DNA of 45,564 bases, from IMG/VR virus record IMGVR_UViG_3300042196_000036, positions 1 to 45,564 of that record. One strand, given 5' to 3'. How positions within the stretch are numbered: position 1 is the stretch's first letter; every line of letters begins with the position of its first letter. Both the position numbers and the translations under genes were made by a program. A model generated the notes under the pieces. The model was not told the origin of the DNA. It ran no database searches and worked only from the letters and a program-made list of their open reading frames with translations. Of this stretch, positions 27,412 to 35,449 are shown in pieces. The stretch comes from a virus. Taxonomy: Duplodnaviria > Caudoviricetes.

Positions 27412-28592
27412 GCCGCCTCCCGTTGCACCATGCCGCGCGAAAAAATGAGCACCTGCATCAGATCGTCGTCACTCATCGCGTCCAAGAGGGCGTCGAGCTC
27501 GCCGCGCAGCGCATTGGTCTTTGCGCGGGCCTCGGAAATCCGCTGGAATTCGGCTTCCTGGATGGCGCGCAAGCGGTCGGCTTCCGCAACCTGCGCGGCC
27601 CAGTCGGCGGCGATTCGTTCCGCCTCTGCCTTGCGGGCTGCCTCGGCGATGCGATCGGCTTCCGCGCGTTCTGCTGCGAGCCGGGTCGCTTCAGCCTCGC
27701 GCGCCTTCTGTAGGATCGCATCGGCTTCGGCGCGGGCAGCAGCAGCCTTACGGTCGGCCTCGGCGCGCTCGGCGAACGCGCGGGCGTCGGCTTCGCGACG
27801 GACCGCTTCGGCCTGGCGGTCGAGTTCGGCCTGCTTCTCTCGGGCGATGCGCTGCTCGGCTTCGAATGCGGCACGTTCCGCGGCGAGGCGTTCGGCTTCG
27901 GCCTTCTGCTCGGCGGCAATGCGGATGCGCTCGGCAGCGTCGCGCGCTTCCTGCTCGGCGCGCTGCTGGGCCAATTCCTCGCGCTCGACCTGCAGGCGGG
28001 CGGCTTCGGCTTCGCGGAAGAGGGCGGCTTCGTGGAGTTCGCGCAAGGCTTGCAAGGTTTCGGACTTGGCCTTGTGGGCGGCCGGTGCGAATTCCTCGAA
28101 GGCCTCGGCGCTTACGCCGATCTCGCCGAGTTGATCGATGAGGTTCTGCACCTTCTCGGCGCACGATCCGGACGCCTCGACGACGTGGAATCGGATCGAC
28201 TCGATGCAGGCGCGGTGCCCGGCAATGCGCGCCTGCTCGGCCTGCAGCTTCGCTTGCCGCTCGGCTTCACGCGCCGTGTCCCACTCGTCCTGCAGGGACT
28301 GCAGCCGGCCTTCCTCGGGGGTGATGAGTGCGACGAGGCGCTTCTGCTCGGCGATCACGGCGGTCGAAAACGCCTGAGCATCCTCGCGCGCAGCCTTGCC
28401 GGTTTTCTCGATCTCGACGCGGGTATTCTTGAGCGTCATCCGGGCGCCGTGCGCTTCCTTGTAGCCGTCGGGGTTCGTGATGGCGACGATGCGGACAGAG
28501 GACGCCACCAGGGCGGACAGCTTCAGCTCATAGTCGGCAGCGCGCAATGCGACGGCTGCGCGTTCGGGCAGGGTAAGGGCGGTAGTGGTCAT
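27408..28592 (-). CDS. Long Ala/Glu/Arg-rich coiled-coil protein
   Basis: 394 aa with AERxAAE-like repeats; SD GAGG. Confidence 0.75.
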   Translation of the reverse strand: MTTTALTLPERAAVALRAADYELKLSALVASSVRIVAITNPDGYKEAHGARMTLKNTRVEIEKTGKAAREDAQAFSTAVIAEQKRLVALITPEEGRLQSLQDEWDTAREAERQAKLQAEQARIAGHRACIESIRFHVVEASGSCAEKVQNLIDQLGEIGVSAEAFEEFAPAAHKAKSETLQALRELHEAALFREAEAARLQVEREELAQQRAEQEARDAAERIRIAAEQKAEAERLAAERAAFEAEQRIAREKQAELDRQAEAVRREADARAFAERAEADRKAAAARAEADAILQKAREAEATRLAAERAEADRIAEAARKAEAERIAADWAAQVAEADRLRAIQEAEFQRISEARAKTNALRGELDALLDAMSDDDLMQVLIFSRGMVQREAA

Positions 28593-28602
28593 GGTCGTTT
28601 CC

Positions 28603-29094
28603 TCAGATCACGCGCCAAGCGGCGCCGGCAGCATGCCGATTGAATGGGACATCATCGGAGAAGTCCCCGAACCCGCTGCCGCCTTCCGCGACGGACTTGG
28701 TGGGCGCTGCCTGCGGGCGCTGCGGGGACGGCTGGCGGGGCTCTTGCTGCGCGCCGTCAGGCTTGCCGCCGAGCATCTTCATCTCGTCGGCGCGGATCTC
28801 GGTCGTGTAGCGGTCAGTGCCGTCCTTGTCCTGCCATTTGCGGGTTTGCAGCCGGCCCTCGATATAGACCTGGCTGCCCTTGTGCAGATACTTCGACGCG
28901 ATCTCTGCGAGCCTCGAGAACATCACGACGCGGTGCCACTCAACGGCCTCTTTCTTCTCGCCGGTGGCCTTGTCCCTCCATTGCTCGCTGGTGGCGATGG
29001 TCAGATTGCAGATCGCGTCGCCGCTCGGGGCGTAGCGCGTTTCCGGGTCTCTCCCGAGATTGCCGACGATGATTACCTTGTTGACGCTTGCCAT
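28603..29094 (-). CDS. ssb: Single-stranded DNA-binding protein
   Basis: [43 protein letters not shown]. Confidence 0.97.
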   Translation of the reverse strand: MASVNKVIIVGNLGRDPETRYAPSGDAICNLTIATSEQWRDKATGEKKEAVEWHRVVMFSRLAEIASKYLHKGSQVYIEGRLQTRKWQDKDGTDRYTTEIRADEMKMLGGKPDGAQQEPRQPSPQRPQAAPTKSVAEGGSGFGDFSDDVPFNRHAAGAAWRVI

Positions 29095-29726
29095 TACGCT
29101 GCCTCCTTTCGCAGTTCAGTCTCAAAGCTCGCCACCAGCGCGGCGAACTTCATCAGGTCGTTTTCCAGTGCTTCGATGCGGTTGTCGTCCCGCTCGATGC
29201 GATGCACGGTGTAGTGCTTGCCGATGGGCTCCAGCGCCGGGCACCACGTCACGAGATCAAGCCACTTGCGCCCGGTCAGCCACATGCCGCCGAGGCACTG
29301 GTCGAGGTAGCCGCTCAGGTCGCGCCGCCCGCACACATTCAGCGCGACTTCGCCGCTCAGGATCGTCTTGATCTCGAGCAGGCCATCGGCGCCGATAAAT
29401 CCGTCGGCGGAATATCCAAAAATTCCGTCGTCAGTGGTGACAAATCCGGTTTCCTCGACGATTGCGCCGGTACTCGCTTCGTAGGCCATGCGCGCGAAGG
29501 CTTCCTGCTCTTGCCCTTCACGCATCTGCCAATTCACGAACGCCTTGTCGACCGGCCGGCGGGCGATGCGCTCCAGTGCGACCTGCGCGGCGTAGCCGGT
29601 GCATTTGCCGGACGGGGCGCCGCTCTTGAGCGTGTCGCGCGCATCCTTGAATCTGGACGCGGTAATCACGCCACTTCTGGCCTGAATCCATGCGTCGCTG
29701 CCTTGCGGGTAATCGTGATGGATCAT
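29094..29726 (-). CDS. YqaJ/lambda-exonuclease-family 5'-3' exonuclease
   Basis: [27 protein letters not shown]. Confidence 0.92.
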   Translation of the reverse strand: MIHHDYPQGSDAWIQARSGVITASRFKDARDTLKSGAPSGKCTGYAAQVALERIARRPVDKAFVNWQMREGQEQEAFARMAYEASTGAIVEETGFVTTDDGIFGYSADGFIGADGLLEIKTILSGEVALNVCGRRDLSGYLDQCLGGMWLTGRKWLDLVTWCPALEPIGKHYTVHRIERDDNRIEALENDLMKFAALVASFETELRKEAA

Positions 29727-30601
29727 TGCTGCGACTCCTGCGTCTGGAGTTGTGCGCCGCGCTCGCCGACGGCCGCCTTGAATGCCGCGTATCCGGCCTT
29801 GTCCTTCGCGGCCTGCATCATGGCAACGCCCTCTTTCCATACGGCCTGCAGGGCGCTGGACGACTCGGAGGCATTTGCCTTCGCAACCCACTCGACCATT
29901 AGCGTCACGTCATCTGCGGAGCCCATGTCGATCCCTTCGCCACCGTCCGTGTTCATGTGATGCACGGCATTGTCGAGCCGCTCGCGCCGAGGCCAGTACT
30001 TCGACGCTTGCTTGACGACGGTTTTCTTGACCATCTCGCCGGGATCGGTCGCCCACGGGCCGGACTTGTTTTTCTTCCACGAAGGCGAGCGGTCGCGGAT
30101 CTTGTGGATTGCGCTGATCGGCATGGCGTGCGTGAGGAAGTCGCCTGTATCTGTCTTGACGACCACATAGGCGCCGATCACTTCACCGCGCTCTGTGCTG
30201 AACGGGTTGTATTTGTGGATCGGCGTTTCGTTTATCTCGCGAAGCTGGAACTCGTCCTTGTCGCAGACGATCTTCGCCTGCCCCCACTGGATGGCGCCGC
30301 ACTGCTGCGCGATGTGCATCATTCCCATGTAGGAAATGTCGAGGCACACGCGACCGTCACGCGGCACGAGATAGGCCAGCTTCGATGCAGGGTTCAGGCT
30401 GATTCCGATTGCCGCGACATTGATCACGGCGCTCTGCAGAGACGCCCGATTCTTCATTGCCGTGCCGGCCAGGAAGTCGTTGCCAGTCAATAACTGCAGG
30501 GCGAACGCAGCCTCGCGCTCGAACTCGATCGACGGGTCGGTGCGTACAGAGTCAAACTGACTGCGCTGCGCCTGAACGATTGCTATTAGTTCGTTGCTCA
30601 T
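29723..30601 (-). CDS. recT: RecT-family single-strand annealing recombinase
   Basis: GISLNP...AYLVP, ISY-G, GAY, PW-TD--EM-KKTV-K. Confidence 0.92.
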   Translation of the reverse strand: MSNELIAIVQAQRSQFDSVRTDPSIEFEREAAFALQLLTGNDFLAGTAMKNRASLQSAVINVAAIGISLNPASKLAYLVPRDGRVCLDISYMGMMHIAQQCGAIQWGQAKIVCDKDEFQLREINETPIHKYNPFSTERGEVIGAYVVVKTDTGDFLTHAMPISAIHKIRDRSPSWKKNKSGPWATDPGEMVKKTVVKQASKYWPRRERLDNAVHHMNTDGGEGIDMGSADDVTLMVEWVAKANASESSSALQAVWKEGVAMMQAAKDKAGYAAFKAAVGERGAQLQTQESQQ

Positions 30602-30662
30602 AGCGACACCTCGTACTGACGCAACTCCACGACTTGATTCACGATCTCGACTCCCAGGTTAT

Positions 30663-30869
30663 TCATGACAGCGCCTTCAATGTCCGCTCGATATCCCGCG
30701 CCACTTCCCGCGACGTGCGGCCGTCGTGCGCAGCCTTGAGCCGAGCCAGCTCCGACATCTGCGCGGCGAAATACGCGGCCGCGCGCTTGCGATCGTGGTA
30801 TAGGTCGGACTCCATGCGGCGGATCTTCGCGGCTCGAAGGTGGTGCCGGACTAGCTTGATCAGGCTCAT
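30663..30869 (-). CDS. Hypothetical protein
   Basis: ATGA coupling; SD GGAGG. Confidence 0.55.
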   Translation of the reverse strand: MSLIKLVRHHLRAAKIRRMESDLYHDRKRAAAYFAAQMSELARLKAAHDGRTSREVARDIERTLKALS

Positions 30870-31180
30870 GGCCGCCCCTCCGCGCCTGAGATCGCCCGGC
30901 GCAGCATCCGCAGCGCGACCGCCTCCGGGTCGGTCGAGTCCTCGCGCCACTTCTGCCGGGCGAAGATGGCCTCTGCAGCTCTGGCGGCGCAGAGCAGTCC
31001 GAAGTGGCTGCCCACAAGCCTTGAGTGCTGCCGCTCGCTCATCACGCCACGAGCCAGATCCTCATCGCTGATCCCGGCGCACGCTTTGATGCAGGCGCTG
31101 ATCCGGTCGGCGGTGTCGGCGTCGGCCGTGTCGACGTTCAGATAGACCGTGCGCATGGCGGGGCGTGTCGAGCCGTTCAT
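30866..31180 (-). CDS. Hypothetical protein
   Basis: ATGA coupling; SD GGAGG. Confidence 0.6.
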   Translation of the reverse strand: MNGSTRPAMRTVYLNVDTADADTADRISACIKACAGISDEDLARGVMSERQHSRLVGSHFGLLCAARAAEAIFARQKWREDSTDPEAVALRMLRRAISGAEGRP

Positions 31181-31542
31181 CGCCGATCCTCCATCCGATC
31201 ACGCGCTGCGTCTTCCTCGTTCTCGAGGATGAGCCGATCCATTCGGACGCGCGCTTCCAGCAGAGCATCCAACCTGATGATCCGTGCGACGGAATCTCGC
31301 AGCAGTTCGCCGGCGCGATGCGGGTTGCTGTCGGCAAGGGCCGCGGCGATCAGCTGATAGTCCTCATGCGTCAGTTCGCCGAACGCATCCTCGATCCATA
31401 CCGCGGACGACAGCCGCTCTTCCTCGATCGACCCGGCGATGACCTCGACCGCATCGGACTCGTCGTCCGTCCTCGGGTCGTGCGGGTGATTCGAGCACGG
31501 CGGGAGGCAATCGCCCGGTCCGCCAATTATCATCGTCAGCAT
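31177..31542 (-). CDS. Hypothetical acidic protein
   Basis: SD AAGGGGG before ATG 31542. Confidence 0.6.
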   Translation of the reverse strand: MLTMIIGGPGDCLPPCSNHPHDPRTDDESDAVEVIAGSIEEERLSSAVWIEDAFGELTHEDYQLIAAALADSNPHRAGELLRDSVARIIRLDALLEARVRMDRLILENEEDAARDRMEDRR

Positions 31543-31953
31543 GTCATCCCCCTTGGTTGCGCCCGCTGCTCTCCCGGGCTGGTCCCGCACTGAGTAGGCG
31601 GCTACTACCGCGTATTGCCCGCGGCGGGCTGGTGCAGACGTTTTTGGCGGTCTGCCAGCGCAACAGCCCTCGCGGTGGGCTGCCGACCTTTGGTGTCATC
31701 ACCCGGACACGGACTCTCGCGAATCCGCTACCGGCTGATTCCTCAGCGTGCCTCTTTCGCCCCGCGCCAACGCGGCTCAGAGATTCCGTCGTCACCATCC
31801 GCCGATCGCCTGTCGATCTGTCACCCGTCTCCGGGCTGGTGTCGCGCGTCCCTCGGTCCCATCCATTTCCGATGCCGAGTCATCGGGTAAATCCCAGTCA
31901 CTTGCCCCTGACCGGCGCCGCGGAGGGAGCGGCGATGTTTGGGGTTCCGCCTA

Positions 31954-32046
31954 TTACTCGTTTGCCACGTCCATCCCGATCGCCGATCCGATGGCGACGA
32001 ACGCCGCCATCACGACGCCCATGAGCAGGTCGGTCAGTGCGCGCAT
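31954..32046 (-). CDS. 30-aa single-TM peptide (MRALTDLLMGVVMAAFVAIGSAIGMDVANE)
   Basis: TGATG coupling to the upstream peptide; hydrophobic core. Confidence 0.5.
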   Translation of the reverse strand: MRALTDLLMGVVMAAFVAIGSAIGMDVANE

Positions 32047-32165
32047 CACGACCGCTTCGGTGCGGCGGCGAACGCTGCAGCAAGGCTGCCGTACTGCAGG
32101 AGCATCATCGCGGCGATGGCTGCGTCAAAGCCCGTCGGGGCGGGGCGGGGTGCGGGGATTTGCAT
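32046..32165 (-). CDS. 39-aa hydrophobic peptide, first ORF after PL
   Basis: SD GGAG before ATG 32165. Confidence 0.5.
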   Translation of the reverse strand: MQIPAPRPAPTGFDAAIAAMMLLQYGSLAAAFAAAPKRS

Positions 32166-32201
32166 GTCGGGTCTCCGGGTTCGTTATCGGTAGCGCTTGA
32201 T

Positions 32202-32243
32202 GTAAGTATGCTTACCCTGATACGCGCTGTCAAGCATGCTTAC
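32202..32243 (-). promoter_or_regulatory. PL promoter with two OL operators
   Basis: Minus strand TTGACA(32233-32228)-N17-CATACT; operators GTAAGTATGCTTAC (32202-32215) and TCAAGCATGCTTAC (32230-32243). Confidence 0.88.
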
Positions 32244-32254
32244 GCAAATAGTCG

Positions 32255-32277
32255 AAAAAAATCCCGCACTAGGCGGG
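32255..32277 (-). terminator. Terminator of the immunity (cI) operon
   Basis: Minus strand CCCGC-CTAGT-GCGGG-A-T7. Confidence 0.75.
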
Positions 32278-32385
32278 CGAGTTCGTTCGGCGAACGGTTG
32301 CGCTTACATGAAGCTGTGCGGAGATGCCGTGAGCGGTGCGCCGCGCCTCATTATCATCCTCTTGCAGTATCCCTGCGAAGTCGCC

Positions 32386-32429
32386 GCGTGATGTGTGTCA
32401 CGCTCAGGTCCGGCGGCGGCCGGTAAAGT
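32386..32429 (+). promoter_or_regulatory. CRP-like palindrome plus -10 element (putative class II activated promoter)
   Basis: GCGTGA-N6-TCACGC centred at 32394.5; TAAAGT at 32424-32429. Confidence 0.5.
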
Positions 32430-32461
32430 CTATGGCTTCCCAGGAGAAAAGCAGATGACGA

Positions 32462-32716
32462 TCACGATTTTCGAGTTTTCGGCGGCGGAACGTCTGGGGG
32501 CGGCGGTGACAGCATATCGTCCTCAACGTACCGAGACATCAGCCGCACAACACCCAGCGTCAGCACCGGTTCGCGGCTGCACGAGCCTAATACAAATACC
32601 TGAACGAATTTCGCCGGTGTGATGATCCCGAGCGCCAGCCCAGCGATCTCCCCCCGCTCGACTTGCTCAGAGAGCGACACCAGAAGATCATACATTTCCA
32701 GCTGATCGTCCGTCAT
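32462..32716 (-). CDS. Hypothetical protein, paralogue B in the cI operon
   Basis: ATGA coupling; aligns by eye with 32713-32952. Confidence 0.7.
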   Translation of the reverse strand: MTDDQLEMYDLLVSLSEQVERGEIAGLALGIITPAKFVQVFVLGSCSREPVLTLGVVRLMSRYVEDDMLSPPPPDVPPPKTRKS

Positions 32717-32952
32717 GCCTCATCCAGATGATGCAGTAAGTTTTGCTCAAGGATTCGAACAGCCCCAAGGGTGAAAACCGGGCTACGACTGGCCTCGCCG
32801 GTGGCGCCGGTCTGCACCCTGCGGCGCCTGTACAGGGACACGAACGCAAACCCGATCAGCTCTCCAGTTTTGGCAAGCTCCATTAGCTCGGAGAGTACCT
32901 GGGCAGTGTCGGATGACGGGTTTTCCGCGACGACCCGGAAAGGCGGTTTCAT
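32713..32952 (-). CDS. Hypothetical protein, paralogue A in the cI operon
   Basis: ATGA overlap with the cI stop. Confidence 0.7.
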   Translation of the reverse strand: MKPPFRVVAENPSSDTAQVLSELMELAKTGELIGFAFVSLYRRRRVQTGATGEASRSPVFTLGAVRILEQNLLHHLDEA

Positions 32953-33566
32953 TTTCCGTCCCCGCCCGTTTCATCGAGCTCGCTTGGACCTATAGACCGC
33001 TCTCCGAGTATCCCGGAGTGAACCCCGCGACCTTCATAGACGAACCGCGGGGTCAAGGTGCGCCGCGTTTCCATGGATTGCATCCGAGACTCGATGCGTC
33101 TATCAACGCCGTCGAAAGAGACCACGCGGCCGCGCCGATCTCCGCTCATGGCCTTGTACGCCCGAGCCTCGTCGGCGTCTCGACGGATCGCCTTGGCGTG
33201 AGGATCGCGCTTCTCCGGCAGCAGCTCGCGCCAGTCCCGCAGCAGTGCGATTTCTTCCTCTGAAAGTTGGTGGAGATTGGCGGAAGTCTCGGTTTGCGTC
33301 TCAGCATAGTCCGCCGCGCTGACCGGGCTCGCAGAAGCAGACTTCTCTCCCTTCTCGAACACGACCCACCTCGGCTCGATCCCCATCACATCGGCCGCGG
33401 CAAAAACGTTTTCAGGCCGTAGCCCGCCGCCGCCCTCCCATTGGGCGATAGACGCGCGCGAGATTTTGCCGCCGATGATTTTTGCGATCTTGTCGGCAAG
33501 CTCTTGCTGAGTCCAGCCCCTGGCTAGCCTCTCGTCTCGAATGCGCTCGCCTGTAGTTCGCTTCAT
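32949..33566 (-). CDS. cI: CI-like repressor (XRE HTH, no S24 peptidase domain)
   Basis: GERIR-ER-ARGWTQQELA...SRASIAQWE; divergent from cro across three operators. Confidence 0.88.
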   Translation of the reverse strand: MKRTTGERIRDERLARGWTQQELADKIAKIIGGKISRASIAQWEGGGGLRPENVFAAADVMGIEPRWVVFEKGEKSASASPVSAADYAETQTETSANLHQLSEEEIALLRDWRELLPEKRDPHAKAIRRDADEARAYKAMSGDRRGRVVSFDGVDRRIESRMQSMETRRTLTPRFVYEGRGVHSGILGERSIGPSELDETGGDGK

Positions 33567-33631
33567 GTAAGAAATCTTACCCGCACGTTTGGCAGGTATG
33601 CTTGCGTTCGGCGAGTAAGCATGCTTACAAT
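33567..33631. promoter_or_regulatory. OR region: three operators, PR and PRM
   Basis: GTAAGAAATCTTAC 33567-33580, GCAGGTATGCTTGC 33592-33605, GTAAGCATGCTTAC 33615-33628; PR TTGCGT-N18-TACAAT; PRM -10 TAAGAT (minus, 33579-33574). Confidence 0.88.
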
Positions 33632-33641
33632 GATGCCAATC

Positions 33642-33851
33642 ATGGAAAAACACCCCGACAGCACTCTTATCGACAGGCTCGGCGGAACCGCGAAGGTCGC
33701 CGGAATGTGCGAAGTCTCGCCGCAGGCGGTCTCCCAATGGCGCAACAACGGGATCCCGCGGCCCTGGCTGAAAGCTTTGCGCCTTGAAAGGCCCGACGCG
33801 TTCATGCCAGCCGCCGGGAAAAGTCGTCGCCACGCTGAAAAGGTCGCCTGA
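33642..33851 (+). CDS. cro: Cro-like repressor
   Basis: LIDRLGGTAKVA-MC-VS-QAVSQWR-NGIP. Confidence 0.9.
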   Translation: MEKHPDSTLIDRLGGTAKVAGMCEVSPQAVSQWRNNGIPRPWLKALRLERPDAFMPAAGKSRRHAEKVA

Positions 33852-33897
33852 AATCATGAGTTCCATCGCTGTCTCCTCCTCTCGGTCCGCCGAGTTC

Positions 33898-33931
33898 GCG
33901 CCGGCCTCTAACGGGGTCGGCGCATCTTTTT
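33898..33931 (+). terminator. tR1-like terminator
   Basis: GCGCCGGCCTC-TAAC-GGGGTCGGCGC followed by ATCTTTTT. Confidence 0.7.
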
Positions 33932-34029
33932 GCATCGACGATTCAAGGATGGCACCGGAAGTGGGGAATTTCACGCAGTTTCGGGTGCGACATTTTGCAC
34001 CATCTTGCATACCCGAAAACGGGTAGCCG

Positions 34030-34305
34030 ATGGGAACCGTGAATTCGACGCACAGCTTGATCCTGCGCCGACTGGCGACGCTGAAAAACGAGACCGTTGC
34101 ACGCGAGATCGGGCACGACGGCGGGCACGTGAGCCGCATCGCCTCGGGCGAGCGCGGGGTTCGGCTTCCGGAGCTTGAGTCGTTCTTGACCGCGCTTGGC
34201 TTGGCGGTCGTCGAGATGGACGGCCCGGCGGTGACGATGAGCATGGAGCGAGCGAAGGCAATCGAACTGCTCGCAATGGAAGCGCTACGACGGGAGGCGA
34301 AATGA
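34030..34305 (+). CDS. CII-like transcriptional activator
   Basis: IL-RLA.....VA-EIG-D---VSR...FL-ALGL; position after cro/tR1. Confidence 0.75.
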   Translation: MGTVNSTHSLILRRLATLKNETVAREIGHDGGHVSRIASGERGVRLPELESFLTALGLAVVEMDGPAVTMSMERAKAIELLAMEALRREAK

Positions 34306-34430
34306 GCAAACCCCACACCGAAGACCGCGCGCTCAGGGTAATCGCCGTGCTGCTGATGGTCTGCATGGGCGGGGCGATCGGCTTCGGGGCCTGGGTGGTC
34401 TGGACCGGGCTGACGATGGCGGCGGCGTGA
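34302..34430 (+). CDS. 42-aa membrane peptide
   Basis: ATGA coupling; hydrophobic. Confidence 0.5.
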   Translation: MSKPHTEDRALRVIAVLLMVCMGGAIGFGAWVVWTGLTMAAA

Positions 34431-35131
34431 TGACAAAGCCCGTAATCATCGGAAATGCCGAACTTTGGCTCGGGGATTGTGCGGACATCCTTCCGAGGCT
34501 GCCGAGGGTTGATGCTGTGATCACTGATCCGCCTTATGGGATCAATAAAGACGGTCAGACGCGCACGACAGGAGGTCATGGCGGTCGCAAGGAATATGAA
34601 TTTCTTGGGTGGGACGGGGATCGCCCATCCATTGACGTGTTCGAGGCTTTACTCGCTTCGGCAGACGAGCATGTCATATGGGGCGGCAACTACTTTGCAG
34701 ACCTTCTTCCTCCGACGATGCGGTGGCTCGTGTGGGATAAGGGCCAGCGGATCAATCAAAGCGACGGCGAGCTTGCGTGGACGTCGATGCAATCCGCTCT
34801 CCGTATTTGCACGATGAACCGCGTTGAACTGCTGAAGGACGGTGCACAGCACCCGACTCAAAAGCCGTTGCGGTTGATGAAGTGGACCATTGCTCAGTGC
34901 GTCAAGAGCCCGCAAACGATCCTCGACCCATTCATGGGCTCCGGCACAACAGGCGTCGCAGCCGTTCAGATGGGCCGCAAGTTCATCGGCATCGAGCGCG
35001 AGCCGAGCTACTTCGAGATCGCCTGTCGTCGCATCGAGGACGCACAGCGAACGGTCGACATGTTCGGCCATGACGTGCGCGACGCCTATGAGATCACCGA
35101 ACAGCAAGCCAGTCTGCTGGAGGGGGCGTGA
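34430..35131 (+). CDS. Orphan N6-adenine/N4-cytosine DNA methyltransferase (beta class)
   Basis: TDPPY precedes HPTQKP and LDPFMGSGTT. Confidence 0.93.
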   Translation: MTKPVIIGNAELWLGDCADILPRLPRVDAVITDPPYGINKDGQTRTTGGHGGRKEYEFLGWDGDRPSIDVFEALLASADEHVIWGGNYFADLLPPTMRWLVWDKGQRINQSDGELAWTSMQSALRICTMNRVELLKDGAQHPTQKPLRLMKWTIAQCVKSPQTILDPFMGSGTTGVAAVQMGRKFIGIEREPSYFEIACRRIEDAQRTVDMFGHDVRDAYEITEQQASLLEGA

Positions 35132-35382
35132 TGATCGAACTCGCCAGCAAGCAAAACCCGCGCTACACGATCTGGCGCTCCCTGAATCCGGACGCGAAGC
35201 TCTACGAGATATTCGGATGGATTCGCGAGCAGTGGTCGGAGTGCCGGAAAGAGCACGGCATCCGCGCAGAGCATCCGTCAGGACATCAATCGGAATTCAC
35301 AGCGTGGCTGTGCAAGCGGCATGGCGCGGCATACGGCTCGGCTGGTCAGGCTGTTCTGTTTCAGACGGCAGATCGCGCCTGA
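35128..35382 (+). CDS. Hypothetical protein
   Basis: GTGA coupling. Confidence 0.6.
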   Translation: MMIELASKQNPRYTIWRSLNPDAKLYEIFGWIREQWSECRKEHGIRAEHPSGHQSEFTAWLCKRHGAAYGSAGQAVLFQTADRA

Positions 35383-35449
35383 TGGATGACAAAACAAAGC
35401 CCGCGTCATCGTGGCTGTAACCACTCGGCGGGCTTCAAGGAACGGAGGA

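Noticed and set aside
27408-28592. TolA or cell-envelope annotation for the coiled-coil protein
   Set aside because: Resemblance is compositional only; no TM anchor or TolA C-terminal domain.
31745-31780. Group II intron domain V-like GAGCCG...GAAA...GCACG
   Set aside because: The stem does not close as domain V, and there is no intron ORF or other domain.
31860-31890. Hammerhead ribozyme (CCGATGA...GAAA on the minus strand)
   Set aside because: Core is CCGAUGA rather than CUGANGA, and no proper stem II or flanking stems form.
32949-34436. 495-aa repressor as given by the ORF track
   Set aside because: It overlaps cro and cII antisense; the HTH starts at 33566. Only the SD-supported 33866 start is kept as a hypothesis.
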